A stretch of DNA of 64,000 nucleotides, from contig JAZNPN010000041.1 of NCBI GenBank assembly GCA_045589715.1, positions 9,536 to 73,535 on the forward strand, read 5' to 3'. Made by a program: the position numbers and the translations under genes. Below are positions 37,034 through 48,308 of the stretch, piece after piece; position 1 is the stretch's first letter, and each line of letters begins with the position of its first letter. Below the pieces are notes generated by a model. That model saw nothing but the letters and a program-made list of their open reading frames with translations, was not told where the DNA came from and did no database searches. The DNA comes from Clostridia bacterium. GTDB taxonomy: Bacteria; Bacillota; Clostridia; Monoglobales; Monoglobaceae.

Positions 37034-37061
37034 ATTATCACCTTTTTTGATTTATACGAGT

Positions 37062-37090
37062 ATTATATTCTATTTATATTGAAAAATCAA
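37062..37090 (-). promoter_or_regulatory. Sigma-A promoter for the lipoprotein/kinase-like operon (-35 TTGATT, 17 nt, -10 TATAAT)
   Basis: On the minus strand, TTGATT (37090-37085) and TATAAT (37067-37062). Confidence 0.55.
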
Positions 37091-37259
37091 GACAAATTTA
37101 GAACACTGAAAAAGCCAAAAACATAAATAGTCAACAAAATTTTAAAAGAATATTGAATTTACAAAATTTTCTCTTTACTAAATGCTAAAAATAAGGTATA
37201 CTTACTATGTATGCAAAGGTCTATAGTAATTTATTGTGAAAATAGAAAGGCTGTGGATT

Positions 37260-37928
37260 ATGAGCTTTTTTAAAATGATAAAAGAAGAAGTGAATATCGT
37301 GTTTGAGCGTGACCCTGCCGCAAGGTCAAAGGCGCAGGTTTATCTGCTCTATCCCGGTGTAAGGGCGATAATTAACTATCGTATTGCTCATGCTCTTGAT
37401 GAAAAGGGACATCACTTTATTGCGGACTGGATTTCCAAGCATACCCGCAAAAAGACGGGCATTGAGATTCATCCCTCTGCGAAAATCGGTAAAAATGTTT
37501 TTATCGACCATGGTATGGGGGTAGTGATTGGCGAAACAGCGGTGGTCGGTGATAATTGTACCATATATCAGGGGGTAACTCTTGGCGGTACGGGTAAGGA
37601 TAAGGGAAAGCGTCACCCAACCATTGGTAATAATGTAACAATCGGCTCAGGTGCCAAGGTTCTTGGACCTTTCTTGGTTGGGGATAACAGCAAAATTGCA
37701 GCAAATGCTGTGGTGCTGAGCGAAATCCCGCCCAACAGCACTTGTGTCGGCGTTCCTGCGCACATAGTTAAGCGTGACAATGTAAGAGTTGCGCCTGCAT
37801 CTGTTTTAAAGCCCGCGCCTGACCTTGACCAGATACACATTCCCGACCCGATATCTATGGAGCTTTGCAGTATAAGGGCAGAGCTTAACCGAATTAAAAA
37901 GAATTTGGAGGAAAAAGAAAATGGTTGA
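37260..37928 (+). CDS. cysE: Serine O-acetyltransferase
   Basis: [10 protein letters not shown]-terminal block followed by hexapeptide repeats. ATG 37260 with AGAAAGG is preferred over track GTG 37236. Confidence 0.92.
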   Translation: MSFFKMIKEEVNIVFERDPAARSKAQVYLLYPGVRAIINYRIAHALDEKGHHFIADWISKHTRKKTGIEIHPSAKIGKNVFIDHGMGVVIGETAVVGDNCTIYQGVTLGGTGKDKGKRHPTIGNNVTIGSGAKVLGPFLVGDNSKIAANAVVLSEIPPNSTCVGVPAHIVKRDNVRVAPASVLKPAPDLDQIHIPDPISMELCSIRAELNRIKKNLEEKENG

Positions 37929-39330
37929 TACAAAGCTTTATTTATATAACACGCTCACAAGACAAAAGCAGGAATTTATTCCGGAAACTCCGGGAGAGGT
38001 AAAGATGTATTCCTGCGGACCAACTGTCTATAACTATTTTCATATCGGTAACGCAAGACCTTTTATAATATTTGATACACTTCGCCGTTATCTTGAATAT
38101 AAGGGCTTTAATGTAAAGTTTGTTCAGAACTTTACAGATGTTGACGATAAGATGATAAACAAGGCAAACGAGATGGGCATAACTGTCTCTGAGCTTGCAG
38201 ACCAATATATTGCTGAATATTTTACCGATGCAAAGGGCCTTGGCATAAAGGAAGCAACTGTGCATCCCAGAGCTACTGAGAATATTGACGCAATTATTGA
38301 TATTATTAAAAATCTTGAAGAGCGCGGATATGCTTATAATGTAGATGGCGATGTTTATTACAGAACCAAAAAATTTGAGGGTTACGGCAAACTCTCGCAT
38401 CAACCGCTTGAGGATTTGGAGAGCGGTGCGCGTATAGATGTAAATACTGACAAAGAAGACCCTATGGATTTTGCTTTATGGAAAAAGCAAAAAGAGGGAG
38501 AGCCTGCTTGGCAGAGCCCATGGGGAATGGGCAGACCCGGCTGGCATATTGAATGTAGTGCAATGGCTAATAAGTACCTTGGTAAAACCATTGATATTCA
38601 CAGCGGCGGTCAGGATTTAATATTCCCTCACCACGAAAATGAGATTGCCCAGAGTGAAGCGGCAAATTGCTGTCAGTTTGCAAATTATTGGCTTCACAAT
38701 GGATATATAAATGTTGACAATAAAAAAATGAGTAAATCTCTTGGTAATTTCTTCACAGTCCGTGATGTTGCGGCAGAGTTTGATTATGAGGTTATTCGTT
38801 TCTTTATGCTGTCGGCTCATTACAGAAGTCCCATTAACTTCAGCAAGGATTTAATGGATTCTGCAAAATCTGCACTTAACAGAATTTACACCTGCCTTGA
38901 GACCCTTGATTTTCTTAAGGAGTCCGCAGAGGACAGAGAATTAAATGGTGCTGAAAAAGAAGTAATAAATTCTATGGATAGCCACAGAGAAAAATTTATC
39001 TCTGCTATGGATGATGATTTAAATACTGCTGATGCTATTTCTGCTATATTTGAGCTTGTGGCAGATGTCAATAAGGTTATTTCACAAAATCCTGCTAAAA
39101 AGCTTTGCGAAGATTCTGCAAAAGCAATCCGTGAGCTTGGCAGCGTTTTAGGACTCTTAGGAAAAGAAGACGAGACTGCGGGCGATGATATACAGGCAAT
39201 CCTTTCTGAGCGTGCCGAGGCAAGAAAAGCTAAAGATTGGGCAAAGTCAGATGAGCTTCGCGATAAGCTTAAGGATATGGGATATATAGTAAAGGATACC
39301 CCTCAGGGTCAACAGCTTTTAAAGGCGTAA
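37921..39330 (+). CDS. cysS: Cysteine--tRNA ligase
   Basis: HIGH-type motif FHIGNARP and KMSKS. It overlaps cysE by 8 nt. Confidence 0.96.
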   Translation: MVDTKLYLYNTLTRQKQEFIPETPGEVKMYSCGPTVYNYFHIGNARPFIIFDTLRRYLEYKGFNVKFVQNFTDVDDKMINKANEMGITVSELADQYIAEYFTDAKGLGIKEATVHPRATENIDAIIDIIKNLEERGYAYNVDGDVYYRTKKFEGYGKLSHQPLEDLESGARIDVNTDKEDPMDFALWKKQKEGEPAWQSPWGMGRPGWHIECSAMANKYLGKTIDIHSGGQDLIFPHHENEIAQSEAANCCQFANYWLHNGYINVDNKKMSKSLGNFFTVRDVAAEFDYEVIRFFMLSAHYRSPINFSKDLMDSAKSALNRIYTCLETLDFLKESAEDRELNGAEKEVINSMDSHREKFISAMDDDLNTADAISAIFELVADVNKVISQNPAKKLCEDSAKAIRELGSVLGLLGKEDETAGDDIQAILSERAEARKAKDWAKSDELRDKLKDMGYIVKDTPQGQQLLKA

Positions 39331-39332
39331 TT

Positions 39333-39731
39333 ATGGAAAATATCGAAAATATACTGAATTTAGTTCAAACAGAAAATGCAAGTGGCTACACCGCCCTTTC
39401 CCTTGCATATCTGGGGGATTGTGTGTATGAGCTCTATGTCAGGAGTCATATAACAAAGGGCGGCAACCATAAAGTAAATGATTTGCATAAAACTGCGGTA
39501 AAATATGTTTGCGCTAAGGCGCAGGCGGAATTTTATCACAAAATATCGGATATATTAACCGAGGAGGAGCAAGCGGCATTTAAAAGAGGCAGAAATACCA
39601 AGTCCCACCCGCCAAAGAATGCGGATATGTCAGATTATAAAATTGCAACAGGGGTTGAAACGCTGCTCGGCTTTTTATATGTAAGCGGAAAGACTGAGAG
39701 AATATCTCAGCTTATGGATAAATTGTTTTAA
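39333..39731 (+). CDS. mrnC: Mini-ribonuclease III
   Basis: 132 aa with LAYLGDCVYELYVR. It follows cysS as in Bacillus (cysE-cysS-mrnC). Confidence 0.9.
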   Translation: MENIENILNLVQTENASGYTALSLAYLGDCVYELYVRSHITKGGNHKVNDLHKTAVKYVCAKAQAEFYHKISDILTEEEQAAFKRGRNTKSHPPKNADMSDYKIATGVETLLGFLYVSGKTERISQLMDKLF

Positions 39732-39771
39732 TAACGATAATCTTATACATATCTACATTTTGGAGGTTAGT

Positions 39772-40620
39772 ATGAGATTATCTAAAAAAATATTACAATT
39801 TACTGAGATAACTCTTGGCGGAATACTTGTGGGCATTGCCCTGTCCGTATTTTTGGTGAGATTTAAGATTGCTCCAGGCGGAATAAGCGGTATATCAACA
39901 GTAGTACATTACCTTACGGGCATCCGTGTCAGCACTTTGATTTTGCTTATAAATGCTCCGCTTTTTATATTGGGGCTCCTGATTTTTGACAAGAGCTTTC
40001 TTGTAAAATCTATTTATGGAACCGTTGTGACATCATTTGCAACTGAGCTGATGTCATTTATGCCAAGTCTTACAGAGGATATACTTTTAGCTTCGGTTTT
40101 TGGCGGAGCGATTATGGGAGGGGGTCTTTCGGTTGTGCTAAAGTCAAGAGGCTCTACCGGCGGCACAGATATACTTGTGCTTGTTTTGAGAAAATTTTTG
40201 CCAAGACTTTCGGTCGGTCAGATTTTTCTGTTGATTGACGGGATTATAATATTGATAGCGGGAGCTTTTTTTGAAAGCTTTGAAACCATATTATATTCGG
40301 GCATTGCGTTATTTGTCAGCACAAGGATAACAGATTTGATTTTAGAAGGTCTTAAGTTTGCAAGACTTGTGTATATAATTTCTGATAAAAATGAGGATAT
40401 AACCCGCCAAATCTATGATAAAATGGACAGAGGTGTTACAGGACTCAATTCTTTTTCAATGTATACCGGCAAAAGCGGAAGAATTTTGATGTGTGCAATA
40501 AGAAAACACGAGATACCAAATCTTAAAGAGATTGTCAGGACTATAGATTCTAAGGCATTTGTAATAATTGCAGATGCCAAAGAGGTTATGGGTAACGGAT
40601 TTGATAATAATTATATTTAA
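39772..40620 (+). CDS. YitT-family membrane protein (DUF2179 C-terminal domain)
   Basis: Five or six TM helices and a C-terminal soluble DUF2179-like domain. ATG 39772 has GGAGG upstream. Confidence 0.8.
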   Translation: MRLSKKILQFTEITLGGILVGIALSVFLVRFKIAPGGISGISTVVHYLTGIRVSTLILLINAPLFILGLLIFDKSFLVKSIYGTVVTSFATELMSFMPSLTEDILLASVFGGAIMGGGLSVVLKSRGSTGGTDILVLVLRKFLPRLSVGQIFLLIDGIIILIAGAFFESFETILYSGIALFVSTRITDLILEGLKFARLVYIISDKNEDITRQIYDKMDRGVTGLNSFSMYTGKSGRILMCAIRKHEIPNLKEIVRTIDSKAFVIIADAKEVMGNGFDNNYI

Positions 40621-40641
40621 TATAAGTGGAGGTAAAAACAA

Positions 40642-41490
40642 ATGAATGCAGAAAGAGTAAAAGAACTTCGTCTGCACGCTGCAAATGTCAGAAAAATGGC
40701 ACTTGAAGCGGTACATAGCGCGAACTCAGGACATCCGGGCGGTTCGTTGTCTGTTGCAGACATACTCACCTATCTTTATATGGAAGAGATGAACATAAAT
40801 CCCGATAGTCCCAAGGATGAAAATCGTGACAGATTTGTATTGTCAAAGGGTCATTGTTCGCCTGCACTTTATGGTGTTTTGGCTGAGAGAGGATTTATTT
40901 CAAAAGAGGATATAAAAACTTTCAGACACACCGACAGTTATCTTCAGGGACATCCTGATATGAAGGGCGTTTCAGGCGTTGATATGTCAACAGGCTCACT
41001 TGGCCAGGGTATAAGCGCAGCTTGCGGAATGGCACTTGCTGCAAAACTTGATAATAAAGAATACAGAGTTTATACAGCACTTGGTGATGGTGAGATAGAA
41101 GAAGGTCAGGTATGGGAGGCAGCTATGTTTGCGGCACACCATAAACTTGATAATCTTACTGCATTTCTTGATTTTAACGGCTTGCAAATTGACGGAGATA
41201 TAAGAGAGGTTATGAACTCAACTCCTATTGATAAAAAGTTTGAGGCGTTTAACTGGAATGTTATAACAATTGACGCCCACGATTTTGAGCAGATTGAAAA
41301 AGCTGTTCAGGATGCAAAGGCTACAAAGGGTAGACCGACCTTAATTCTTGCAAAGAGTGTTAAAGGAAAAGGCGTATCATTTATGGAAAATCAGGCTGGC
41401 TGGCATGGTGCGGCTCCTAACAAAGAGCAATATGAGACAGCAATAGCTGAGCTTGATGCCTACATAAAAGAAATCGGAGGTGAGGCGTAA
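40642..41490 (+). CDS. Transketolase, N-terminal (TPP-binding) subunit
   Basis: GHPGGSLS and GDGEIEEGQVWEA motifs. This is the split transketolase typical of Clostridia. Confidence 0.92.
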   Translation: MNAERVKELRLHAANVRKMALEAVHSANSGHPGGSLSVADILTYLYMEEMNINPDSPKDENRDRFVLSKGHCSPALYGVLAERGFISKEDIKTFRHTDSYLQGHPDMKGVSGVDMSTGSLGQGISAACGMALAAKLDNKEYRVYTALGDGEIEEGQVWEAAMFAAHHKLDNLTAFLDFNGLQIDGDIREVMNSTPIDKKFEAFNWNVITIDAHDFEQIEKAVQDAKATKGRPTLILAKSVKGKGVSFMENQAGWHGAAPNKEQYETAIAELDAYIKEIGGEA

Positions 41491-42437
41491 TGGCATACAC
41501 ATTAGGAGAAAAGGTAGCAACAAGAGTTGCTTACGGAAATGCACTTAAGGAATTTGGTGCAGATGATAGAATAGTTGTTATGGACGCTGACCTTTCAAAG
41601 TCTACAAAGACAGACAGCTTTAAAAAGGAATATCCCGAAAGATTTATAAATACGGGCATTGCAGAGGGAAATATGATGACAATTGCAGCAGGACTTTCTA
41701 CATGCGGCAAAGTCGTGTTTGCAAGTTCTTTTGCAATGTTTGCAGCAGGCAGAGCCTTTGAGCAGATAAGAAACTCAATCGGCTATCCTAAACTAAATGT
41801 AAAAATCGGTGCAACACATGCGGGTATTTCTGTAGGGGAAGACGGCGCAACACACCAGTGTCTTGAAGATATGGGCCTTATGCGCACAATTCCGGGTATG
41901 GTTATTTTAAACCCTGCCGATGCAGTTGAAGCTCGACTTGCAGTAAAAGCTGCGATTGACTATGAAGGACCCGTTTACTTAAGATTTGGAAGACTTGATG
42001 TTCCCGTAATCTTTGATGAAAATTATAAGTTTGAAATCGGCAAAGGCGTAGAATTAAAGGAAGGTTCAGATGTTACAATAATTGCAACAGGACTTATGGT
42101 TCCTTTTGCCATGGAGGCAGCAGAAGAGCTTTCTAAAGAAGGAATCAGTGCAAGAGTTATAAATATTGCAACAATCAAGCCTATTGATAAAGATATTATT
42201 ATCAAAGCGGCAAAGGAGACAGGCGCGATTGTAACTGCTGAGGAGCATAACATTATGGGCGGCTTAGGTTCAGCCGTTGCAGAGGTTTTAGTTGAAAACT
42301 GCCCCGTTCCGATGCAGAGAGTGGGCACACAGGATGTGTTTGGTAAGAGCGGTAAGCCTTATGAATTACTCAAAGAGTACGGACTTGATACCAAGACAAT
42401 AATCGAAAAAGCCAAAAAGGCAATAGAGAGTAAATAA
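41490..42437 (+). CDS. Transketolase, C-terminal (pyrimidine-binding) subunit
   Basis: The ATG overlaps the upstream stop (TAATG). Includes the GIAEGNMM and GATHQCLED motifs. Confidence 0.92.
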   Translation: MAYTLGEKVATRVAYGNALKEFGADDRIVVMDADLSKSTKTDSFKKEYPERFINTGIAEGNMMTIAAGLSTCGKVVFASSFAMFAAGRAFEQIRNSIGYPKLNVKIGATHAGISVGEDGATHQCLEDMGLMRTIPGMVILNPADAVEARLAVKAAIDYEGPVYLRFGRLDVPVIFDENYKFEIGKGVELKEGSDVTIIATGLMVPFAMEAAEELSKEGISARVINIATIKPIDKDIIIKAAKETGAIVTAEEHNIMGGLGSAVAEVLVENCPVPMQRVGTQDVFGKSGKPYELLKEYGLDTKTIIEKAKKAIESK

Positions 42438-42470
42438 AAAAATCGCAGTGATTTTCACTGCGATTTTTAA
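42436..42470 (+). terminator. Intrinsic terminator after transketolase
   Basis: TCGCAGTG-ATTTT-CACTGCGA followed by TTTTT. Confidence 0.8.
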
Positions 42471-42485
42471 TTTTGATATTATGTC

Positions 42486-42514
42486 TTGAAAGTTGATACA
42501 ATATATGATAAAAT
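42486..42514 (+). promoter_or_regulatory. Sigma-A promoter for uvrBA (-35 TTGAAA, 17 nt, -10 TAAAAT)
   Basis: TTGAAA at 42486-42491 and TAAAAT at 42509-42514. Confidence 0.5.
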
Positions 42515-42548
42515 AAAAAATTAAGCAGAGCAGGAGAGGAGGATTTAT

Positions 42549-44498
42549 ATGGATTTTGAAGTCGTTTCAAAATATAAGCCAAGCGGCGACCAGCCCGAAG
42601 CGATTGAGAAAATTGTAAGCGGCATAAAAATGGGCGAAAAATTTCAGACGCTTATGGGTGTTACGGGTAGCGGCAAGACCTTTACAATGGCGAATGTAAT
42701 AGCCAGGGTCAACAAGCCGACACTTGTGCTTGCCCATAATAAAACTCTTGCGGCTCAGCTTTGCAGTGAGTTTAAAGAAATCTTCCCGAATAACGCGGTT
42801 GAATATTTTGTTTCATACTATGACTATTATCAGCCTGAGGCGTACATTGCACATTCAGATACTTATATCGAAAAAGACGCATCAACCAACGAAGAAATAG
42901 ATAAACTAAGACATAGTGCAACTTCTGCACTTTTTGAGCGTAAAGATGTAATTATTGTTGCCAGCGTCTCTTGCATATACGGACTTGGCGACCCTATTGA
43001 TTATAATAATATGGTTATCTCTTTAAGACCCGGAATGATAAAGGACAGAGACGAGGTAGTAGCAAAACTTATAGAGATAAAATATGAGCGAAACGATATT
43101 GATTTTTCGAGAAACAAATTCCGTGTGCGCGGCGATGTGCTTGACATATTCCCGTCTGATTCGTCCTCTCACGCAGTAAGGGTCGAATTTTTCGGTGATG
43201 AGGTTGAAAAGATTTATGATTTTAACCCCGTAACGGGAGAGGTAACAGCAGAGCGAAATCATATTGCCATATACCCCGCCTCCCACTATGTAACAACTGC
43301 AGATAAAAGAGAGAGGGCGATAGGGAGCATAAAGGAAGAGCTTAAAGAGCGCCTTAAAGAACTAAACGATGAAAATAAACTTGTAGAAGCTCAGCGACTT
43401 GAGCAGAGAACCAACTATGATATAGAAATGCTGAGAGAGACGGGCTTTTGTAACGGCATCGAAAATTATTCCCGCCATATGAGTGGCAGAGAGGCGGGAA
43501 GTCCGCCTTTTACGCTTATGGACTATCTGCCAAAAGACTTTTTGTTGTTCGTTGATGAGTCGCATGTGACGCTCCCTCAGGTTCGGGCGATGTTTGCGGG
43601 CGACAGAGCGAGAAAAGAAAGCCTTGTAAAATACGGCTTTCGCTTGCCGTCGGCATTTGATAACCGCCCGCTTACATTTGACGAGTTTTATGAGAGAATA
43701 AATCAGGCGGTGTTTGTAAGTGCAACGCCTGCCGATTTTGAAAAAGAAAATTCAGCAAAAATTGTAGAACAAGTTATAAGACCTACGGGACTTTTGGACC
43801 CCGAGGTTGAAGTCCGCCCGATTGAGGGTCAGGTTGACGATTTATATGCTGAAATAATAAAGAGATATGAAAAGGGCGAGAGAGTCCTTGTTACAACTCT
43901 TACCAAGAAAATGGCTGAAAGACTGACTGAATACCTTGAGGATATGGGGGTAAGAGTGAGATATCTGCACTCTGATGTTCATACCATAGAGAGAATGGAA
44001 ATCATCCGTGATTTGCGCCTTGGCGTATTTGATGTTTTGGTTGGAATTAACCTTTTAAGAGAGGGACTTGATATCCCTGAAGTATCGCTGGTTGCAATCC
44101 TTGATGCTGACAAAGAAGGCTTTTTAAGAAGTGAAACTTCGCTCATTCAGACCATAGGCAGAGCGGCACGAAATGCTAAGGGTAAGGTTATAATGTATGC
44201 GGATAACATAACGGGTTCTATGAAAAGGGCAATAGATGAAACCAACCGCAGACGAAAAATACAGGCAGAGTTTAATGAAAAACACGGCATAGTGCCAAAG
44301 ACGATAAAAAAGAGTGTTTCAGAAGTTATTGAGGCTACAAAGGCGGTCAAGGAAAGTTCGATAAAGAGTGAGAAGGGAGACCGCTTAAGAACAATAGCAG
44401 AACTTACTACCGAGATGAAAAAGGCAGCGGAGCTTTTGCAGTTTGAGCTTGCGGCGCAGATAAGAGACGAGATACGCCGCCTTGAAGAAGAGGTATAA
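42549..44498 (+). CDS. uvrB: Excinuclease ABC subunit B
   Basis: [12 protein letters not shown] Walker A, helicase motifs and a C-terminal UVR domain ([15 protein letters not shown]). Confidence 0.96.
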   Translation: MDFEVVSKYKPSGDQPEAIEKIVSGIKMGEKFQTLMGVTGSGKTFTMANVIARVNKPTLVLAHNKTLAAQLCSEFKEIFPNNAVEYFVSYYDYYQPEAYIAHSDTYIEKDASTNEEIDKLRHSATSALFERKDVIIVASVSCIYGLGDPIDYNNMVISLRPGMIKDRDEVVAKLIEIKYERNDIDFSRNKFRVRGDVLDIFPSDSSSHAVRVEFFGDEVEKIYDFNPVTGEVTAERNHIAIYPASHYVTTADKRERAIGSIKEELKERLKELNDENKLVEAQRLEQRTNYDIEMLRETGFCNGIENYSRHMSGREAGSPPFTLMDYLPKDFLLFVDESHVTLPQVRAMFAGDRARKESLVKYGFRLPSAFDNRPLTFDEFYERINQAVFVSATPADFEKENSAKIVEQVIRPTGLLDPEVEVRPIEGQVDDLYAEIIKRYEKGERVLVTTLTKKMAERLTEYLEDMGVRVRYLHSDVHTIERMEIIRDLRLGVFDVLVGINLLREGLDIPEVSLVAILDADKEGFLRSETSLIQTIGRAARNAKGKVIMYADNITGSMKRAIDETNRRRKIQAEFNEKHGIVPKTIKKSVSEVIEATKAVKESSIKSEKGDRLRTIAELTTEMKKAAELLQFELAAQIRDEIRRLEEEV

Positions 44499-44500
44499 AG

Positions 44501-47335
44501 ATGAATAAAAATATAATAGTAAAAGGTGCAAATGAAAATAACTTAAAAAATGTATCGGTTGAAATACCAAGAGATAAGCTCGTGGTTCTTACGGGACTCA
44601 GCGGTTCGGGTAAATCATCTCTTGCGTTTGAAACCATATATGCAGAGGGGCAGCGAAGATATGTAGAGTCGCTCTCTGCTTATGCAAGACAGTTTTTAGG
44701 GCAGATGGATAAACCTGATGTTGAGTCAATAGAGGGGCTATCCCCTGCAATATCAATCGACCAGAAGACCACAAGTAAAAACCCCCGTTCAACAGTTGGA
44801 ACGGTTACTGAAATCTACGACTATATAAGACTTTTATATGCCAATGTGGGAACACCCCATTGTCCTGAGTGCGGAAAAGAAATTTCCCCCCAATCAGTTG
44901 ACCAGATTGTAGATGCGGTAAAAAACCTGCCTGAAAAAACCAAAATTCAGATTATGGCGCCTGTTGTAAGGGGCAGAAAGGGCGAACATCATAAAATCTT
45001 TGATGATGCCAGAAAGAATGGGTTTGTAAGGGCGAGAGTTGACGGCGATATATGTGAGTTTACAAGCGATGAAATAAAACTTGATAAACAGAAAAAACAT
45101 ACCGTTGAAATTATAATTGACAGGCTTGTTGTAAAAGAAGGTATGGAAAAGCGTCTTGCTGACTCTGTGGAGACCGCTCTTAATATGGCAGACGGCATTG
45201 TTTTGGTAGATGTAATTGACGGCGAAGAAATGACATTCAGCCAGAATTATGCCTGTGATGATTGCGGGATAAGCATTGACGAACTGGCACCAAGAATGTT
45301 CTCGTTTAACACTCCATACGGGGCGTGTCCTGCTTGTATGGGCATAGGTACAATTACTTTAGTGTCGCCGGATCTTATTATGCCTGATAAAAACTTAAGT
45401 ATAAATGAGGGCGGAATACTTGCAAGCGGCTGGACAGGTACCGAGAAGAACAGCATTTCGAGAATGTATTACGAGGGACTTGCGGCAAGATACGGATTTA
45501 CATTGGATACCCCTCTTAAGGATTTGTCAGAGGATGCAATGGATGCTATCCTCTATGGTACAAGAGGTGAAAAGCTAAAGCTTACCTATGACAGAAAATA
45601 CGCAAAGGGTGTTCAATATGCAAGGTTTGAGGGCGTTATTCATAACTTAAAGCGCCGTCACGAAGAAACAAATTCAGAATGGGCAAAGACGGATATTGAA
45701 ACCTTTATGGTTAATATGAAGTGCCCCGAATGTCACGGGGCCCGCTTAAAAAGAGAGACGCTTGCCGTAACTGTCGATGGGCTTAACATTAACGAAGTGA
45801 CTAATCTGTCAGTTTTAGATGCTCTAAAATTCTTTAAGGATTTAAATGAAAAGCTGACGGGGAAAAACAAGATAATTGCTAAGAATATATTAAAAGAAAT
45901 AACCGAAAGACTTGGCTTTTTGGTAGATGTTGGACTTGATTATCTGACCCTTTCACGCAGTGCGGGGACGCTTTCGGGCGGTGAGGCGCAGAGAATACGC
46001 CTTGCAACCCAGATAGGCACAAGCCTTATGGGCGTTATATATATTTTAGACGAGCCAAGCATCGGACTTCATCAAAGGGATAACGAAAAACTTATTGCAA
46101 CTCTTAAAAGATTGAGGGATTTAGGGAACACTTTGCTTGTTGTAGAACACGACGAGAATACTATGCTTGCAGCCGACCATATAATAGATATCGGTCCCGG
46201 AGCGGGCATTCACGGCGGTGAAATTATAGCAGAGGGAACAGCCGAAGAAATAATGAAATGCGAAAAATCCGAAACGGGTCTCTATTTAAGCGGCAAAAAG
46301 CAGATTCCCGTGCCCGAAACAAGAAGAGAGGGAAATGGTGCGTGGCTTACAATAAAGGGCGCGAGCGAAAATAACCTTAAAAACTTGACTGTAAAAATTC
46401 CGCTCGGAACATTCACTTGTGTTACAGGCGTGTCGGGCAGCGGTAAAAGTTCTCTTATAAATGAGATATTATATAAGGCGCTTGCCAATGAGCTAAACGG
46501 TGCCAAAAAGACAGCGGGTAAATACAAGACAATTGAGGGTCTTGAAAATTTGGATAAGGTCATTGATATCGACCAGTCACCAATCGGCAGAACCCCAAGG
46601 AGTAATCCTGCCACATATACAGGGCTTTTTGGGGATATAAGAAATCTTTTTGCAATGACACCGGAAGCAAAGGCAAGAGGCTATAATTCGGGCAGATTCA
46701 GCTTTAATGTAAAAGGCGGAAGATGTGAAGCCTGTACGGGTGACGGAATCATAAAAATTGAGATGCACTTTTTGCCTGATGTGTATGTTCCCTGTGAGGT
46801 TTGTGAGGGAAAGCGCTATAACAGAGAAACTTTAGAGGTTCGTTATAAGGGTAAAAATATCTATGATGTATTGGAGATGAGCGTAGAAGAGGGCTGTGAG
46901 TTTTTTGAAAATATTCCTAAAATTCAGAAAAAACTTCAGACTCTTTATGATGTAGGACTTGGATATATCAAAATCGGTCAGCCGTCTACTACTCTGTCAG
47001 GCGGTGAGGCACAGAGAGTAAAACTTGCAACTGAGCTTTCAAAGCGCAGTACGGGTAAAACAATTTATATTTTAGACGAGCCAACAACGGGTCTTCATAC
47101 AGCCGATGTTCATAAACTGACTGAGGTGCTTAAGAAATTAGTTGATGCAGGAAATACAGTGGTAGTTATCGAGCATAATCTTGATATGATAAAAACCGCC
47201 GATTATATAATCGACTTAGGACCTGAGGGCGGCGACAAGGGCGGCGAAATTGTTGCCTGCGGAACGCCCGAAAAGGTTGCCCGCTCAAGCAAATCATATA
47301 CGGGTAAGTATCTTAAAAAGTGCCTGAAAAAATAA
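44501..47335 (+). CDS. uvrA: Excinuclease ABC subunit A
   Basis: 944 aa with two ABC modules ([11 protein letters not shown]; [11 protein letters not shown]), two LSGGEAQR signatures and Cys4 zinc modules. Confidence 0.96.
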   Translation: MNKNIIVKGANENNLKNVSVEIPRDKLVVLTGLSGSGKSSLAFETIYAEGQRRYVESLSAYARQFLGQMDKPDVESIEGLSPAISIDQKTTSKNPRSTVGTVTEIYDYIRLLYANVGTPHCPECGKEISPQSVDQIVDAVKNLPEKTKIQIMAPVVRGRKGEHHKIFDDARKNGFVRARVDGDICEFTSDEIKLDKQKKHTVEIIIDRLVVKEGMEKRLADSVETALNMADGIVLVDVIDGEEMTFSQNYACDDCGISIDELAPRMFSFNTPYGACPACMGIGTITLVSPDLIMPDKNLSINEGGILASGWTGTEKNSISRMYYEGLAARYGFTLDTPLKDLSEDAMDAILYGTRGEKLKLTYDRKYAKGVQYARFEGVIHNLKRRHEETNSEWAKTDIETFMVNMKCPECHGARLKRETLAVTVDGLNINEVTNLSVLDALKFFKDLNEKLTGKNKIIAKNILKEITERLGFLVDVGLDYLTLSRSAGTLSGGEAQRIRLATQIGTSLMGVIYILDEPSIGLHQRDNEKLIATLKRLRDLGNTLLVVEHDENTMLAADHIIDIGPGAGIHGGEIIAEGTAEEIMKCEKSETGLYLSGKKQIPVPETRREGNGAWLTIKGASENNLKNLTVKIPLGTFTCVTGVSGSGKSSLINEILYKALANELNGAKKTAGKYKTIEGLENLDKVIDIDQSPIGRTPRSNPATYTGLFGDIRNLFAMTPEAKARGYNSGRFSFNVKGGRCEACTGDGIIKIEMHFLPDVYVPCEVCEGKRYNRETLEVRYKGKNIYDVLEMSVEEGCEFFENIPKIQKKLQTLYDVGLGYIKIGQPSTTLSGGEAQRVKLATELSKRSTGKTIYILDEPTTGLHTADVHKLTEVLKKLVDAGNTVVVIEHNLDMIKTADYIIDLGPEGGDKGGEIVACGTPEKVARSSKSYTGKYLKKCLKK

Positions 47336-47368
47336 AAAATGCGTTCGGTAAAACCGAACGCATTTTTT
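47335..47368. terminator. Bidirectional terminator shared by uvrA and the convergent ECF S-component gene
   Basis: ATGCGTTCGG-TAAAA-CCGAACGCAT flanked by A- and T-runs. It overlaps both stop codons. Confidence 0.85.
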
Positions 47369-47918
47369 AGATAAGCTTTGGAAGTTTGGGTATAGCCTTT
47401 GCTTTGGCAAGTGCTGCGCCTATACCGCATGCAACGATGAAGTCAATTATATCATGAATCAGAGTGCCGATTCCCGTGGTGTAGAAAGCCGCGCTGAAAT
47501 ATGTAACACCCTCCTCTGTAGCAGTCAAGCCAAGAGATAGGAAGATATACACGGTAATTGCCTCAAACAATGCGTGCAAAATGGCAGTAGCCACACCAAC
47601 AGAAACTAAGTTACAATTCTTTTTAATCATAAAAGCACCAACAAGTGCAAATATAATGTGCGAGCCTGCACGGGCGGTAACAACAGGACCGATAACAGGG
47701 TTTACCGCAAAACCAATTGTTGTACCGATAGCAGTAAATGCCGCTGACCAAGGTGAGATAAACATTGCAATAAAAATCGGAACATGGGATAAAAGTGTAG
47801 CCGTAAATGCGGGTGGAAGAACTACCTTCAAAAAGCTGAAATAAATAGGAATTATAATGCCTATTGCAATAAGAAGGGCGGTAATTACCATATCACGGGT
47901 GTTAATTTTCGTTTTCAA
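47367..47918 (-). CDS. ECF-transporter substrate-specific (S) component, substrate unknown
   Basis: 183 aa, about 6 TM helices, small and Gly/Ala-rich as in S components. TTG start has AGGAGG upstream. Confidence 0.65.
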   Translation of the reverse strand: MKTKINTRDMVITALLIAIGIIIPIYFSFLKVVLPPAFTATLLSHVPIFIAMFISPWSAAFTAIGTTIGFAVNPVIGPVVTARAGSHIIFALVGAFMIKKNCNLVSVGVATAILHALFEAITVYIFLSLGLTATEEGVTYFSAAFYTTGIGTLIHDIIDFIVACGIGAALAKAKAIPKLPKLI

Positions 47919-47968
47919 TTAAATCTGCCTCCTGAATATGCCAAAAATGGCGAAAAATATATGATACT

Positions 47969-47997
47969 ATCATATCACAAAGATAAATGTGTGTCAA
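47969..47997 (-). promoter_or_regulatory. Sigma-A promoter for the ECF S-component gene (-35 TTGACA, 17 nt, -10 TATGAT)
   Basis: On the minus strand, TTGACA (47997-47992) and TATGAT (47974-47969). Confidence 0.55.
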
Positions 47998-48068
47998 ATA
48001 GAAATTAGGTATAAAAAATTTGTGTTTCGATAAAAATATTTGTAAATAAATCCAAAAGGGGAAAAAAT

Positions 48069-48251
48069 ATGACAGAAAATAATGAGCACAAAATAGTTAA
48101 AGAAGCACAAAGAATTATAAACGACTATGTAAACACAATAGAGGGGGTGTATACCAAATCTAAAAAACGCAGACTTAAAAAATTTGCAGCAGCTACAATA
48201 TGTATATTCTGCTTAATTTTAGCAGCTTTAGTAACTTTTATAAAAATATAA
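48069..48251 (+). CDS. Small (60 aa) C-tail-anchored membrane protein, unknown function
   Basis: AAAGGGG RBS 7-8 nt upstream. A soluble charged N-terminal half is followed by KKRRLKK and one TM helix (FAAATICIFCLILAALVTFI). Confidence 0.5.
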   Translation: MTENNEHKIVKEAQRIINDYVNTIEGVYTKSKKRRLKKFAAATICIFCLILAALVTFIKI

Positions 48252-48274
48252 TTTTTTTTGGATTCCTTCCTTGC

Positions 48275-48308
48275 TTCGACAGAAAAATTGGGAAAATATG
48301 GGTATAAT
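48275..48308 (+). promoter_or_regulatory. spoIIE promoter region: Spo0A-box-like TTCGACA over a weak -35 region plus -10 TATAAT
   Basis: TTCGACA (48275-48281) is the reverse complement of the 0A box TGTCGAA. TATAAT lies at 48303-48308. The hexamer 17 nt upstream (CAGAAA) is a poor -35. Confidence 0.45.

Noticed and set aside
42438-42548. LexA (Cheo) box expected upstream of uvrBA
   Set aside because: No GAAC-N4-GTTC-like palindrome is present in the 110-nt region. Only a sigma-A promoter is visible.
47919-47968. Possible riboswitch (for example preQ1 or a vitamin class) in the leader of the ECF S-component gene
   Set aside because: The leader is only about 45 nt, with a single 4-bp hairpin (GCCA-UUUU-UGGC). 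It is too short and shows no recognisable riboswitch core.
47992-47998. TGTCAAA resembling a Spo0A box upstream of the mini-ORF and spoIIE
   Set aside because: On the minus strand it is the TTGACA -35 hexamer of a well-spaced promoter (17 nt to TATGAT) for the ECF S-component gene. That is the simpler explanation.
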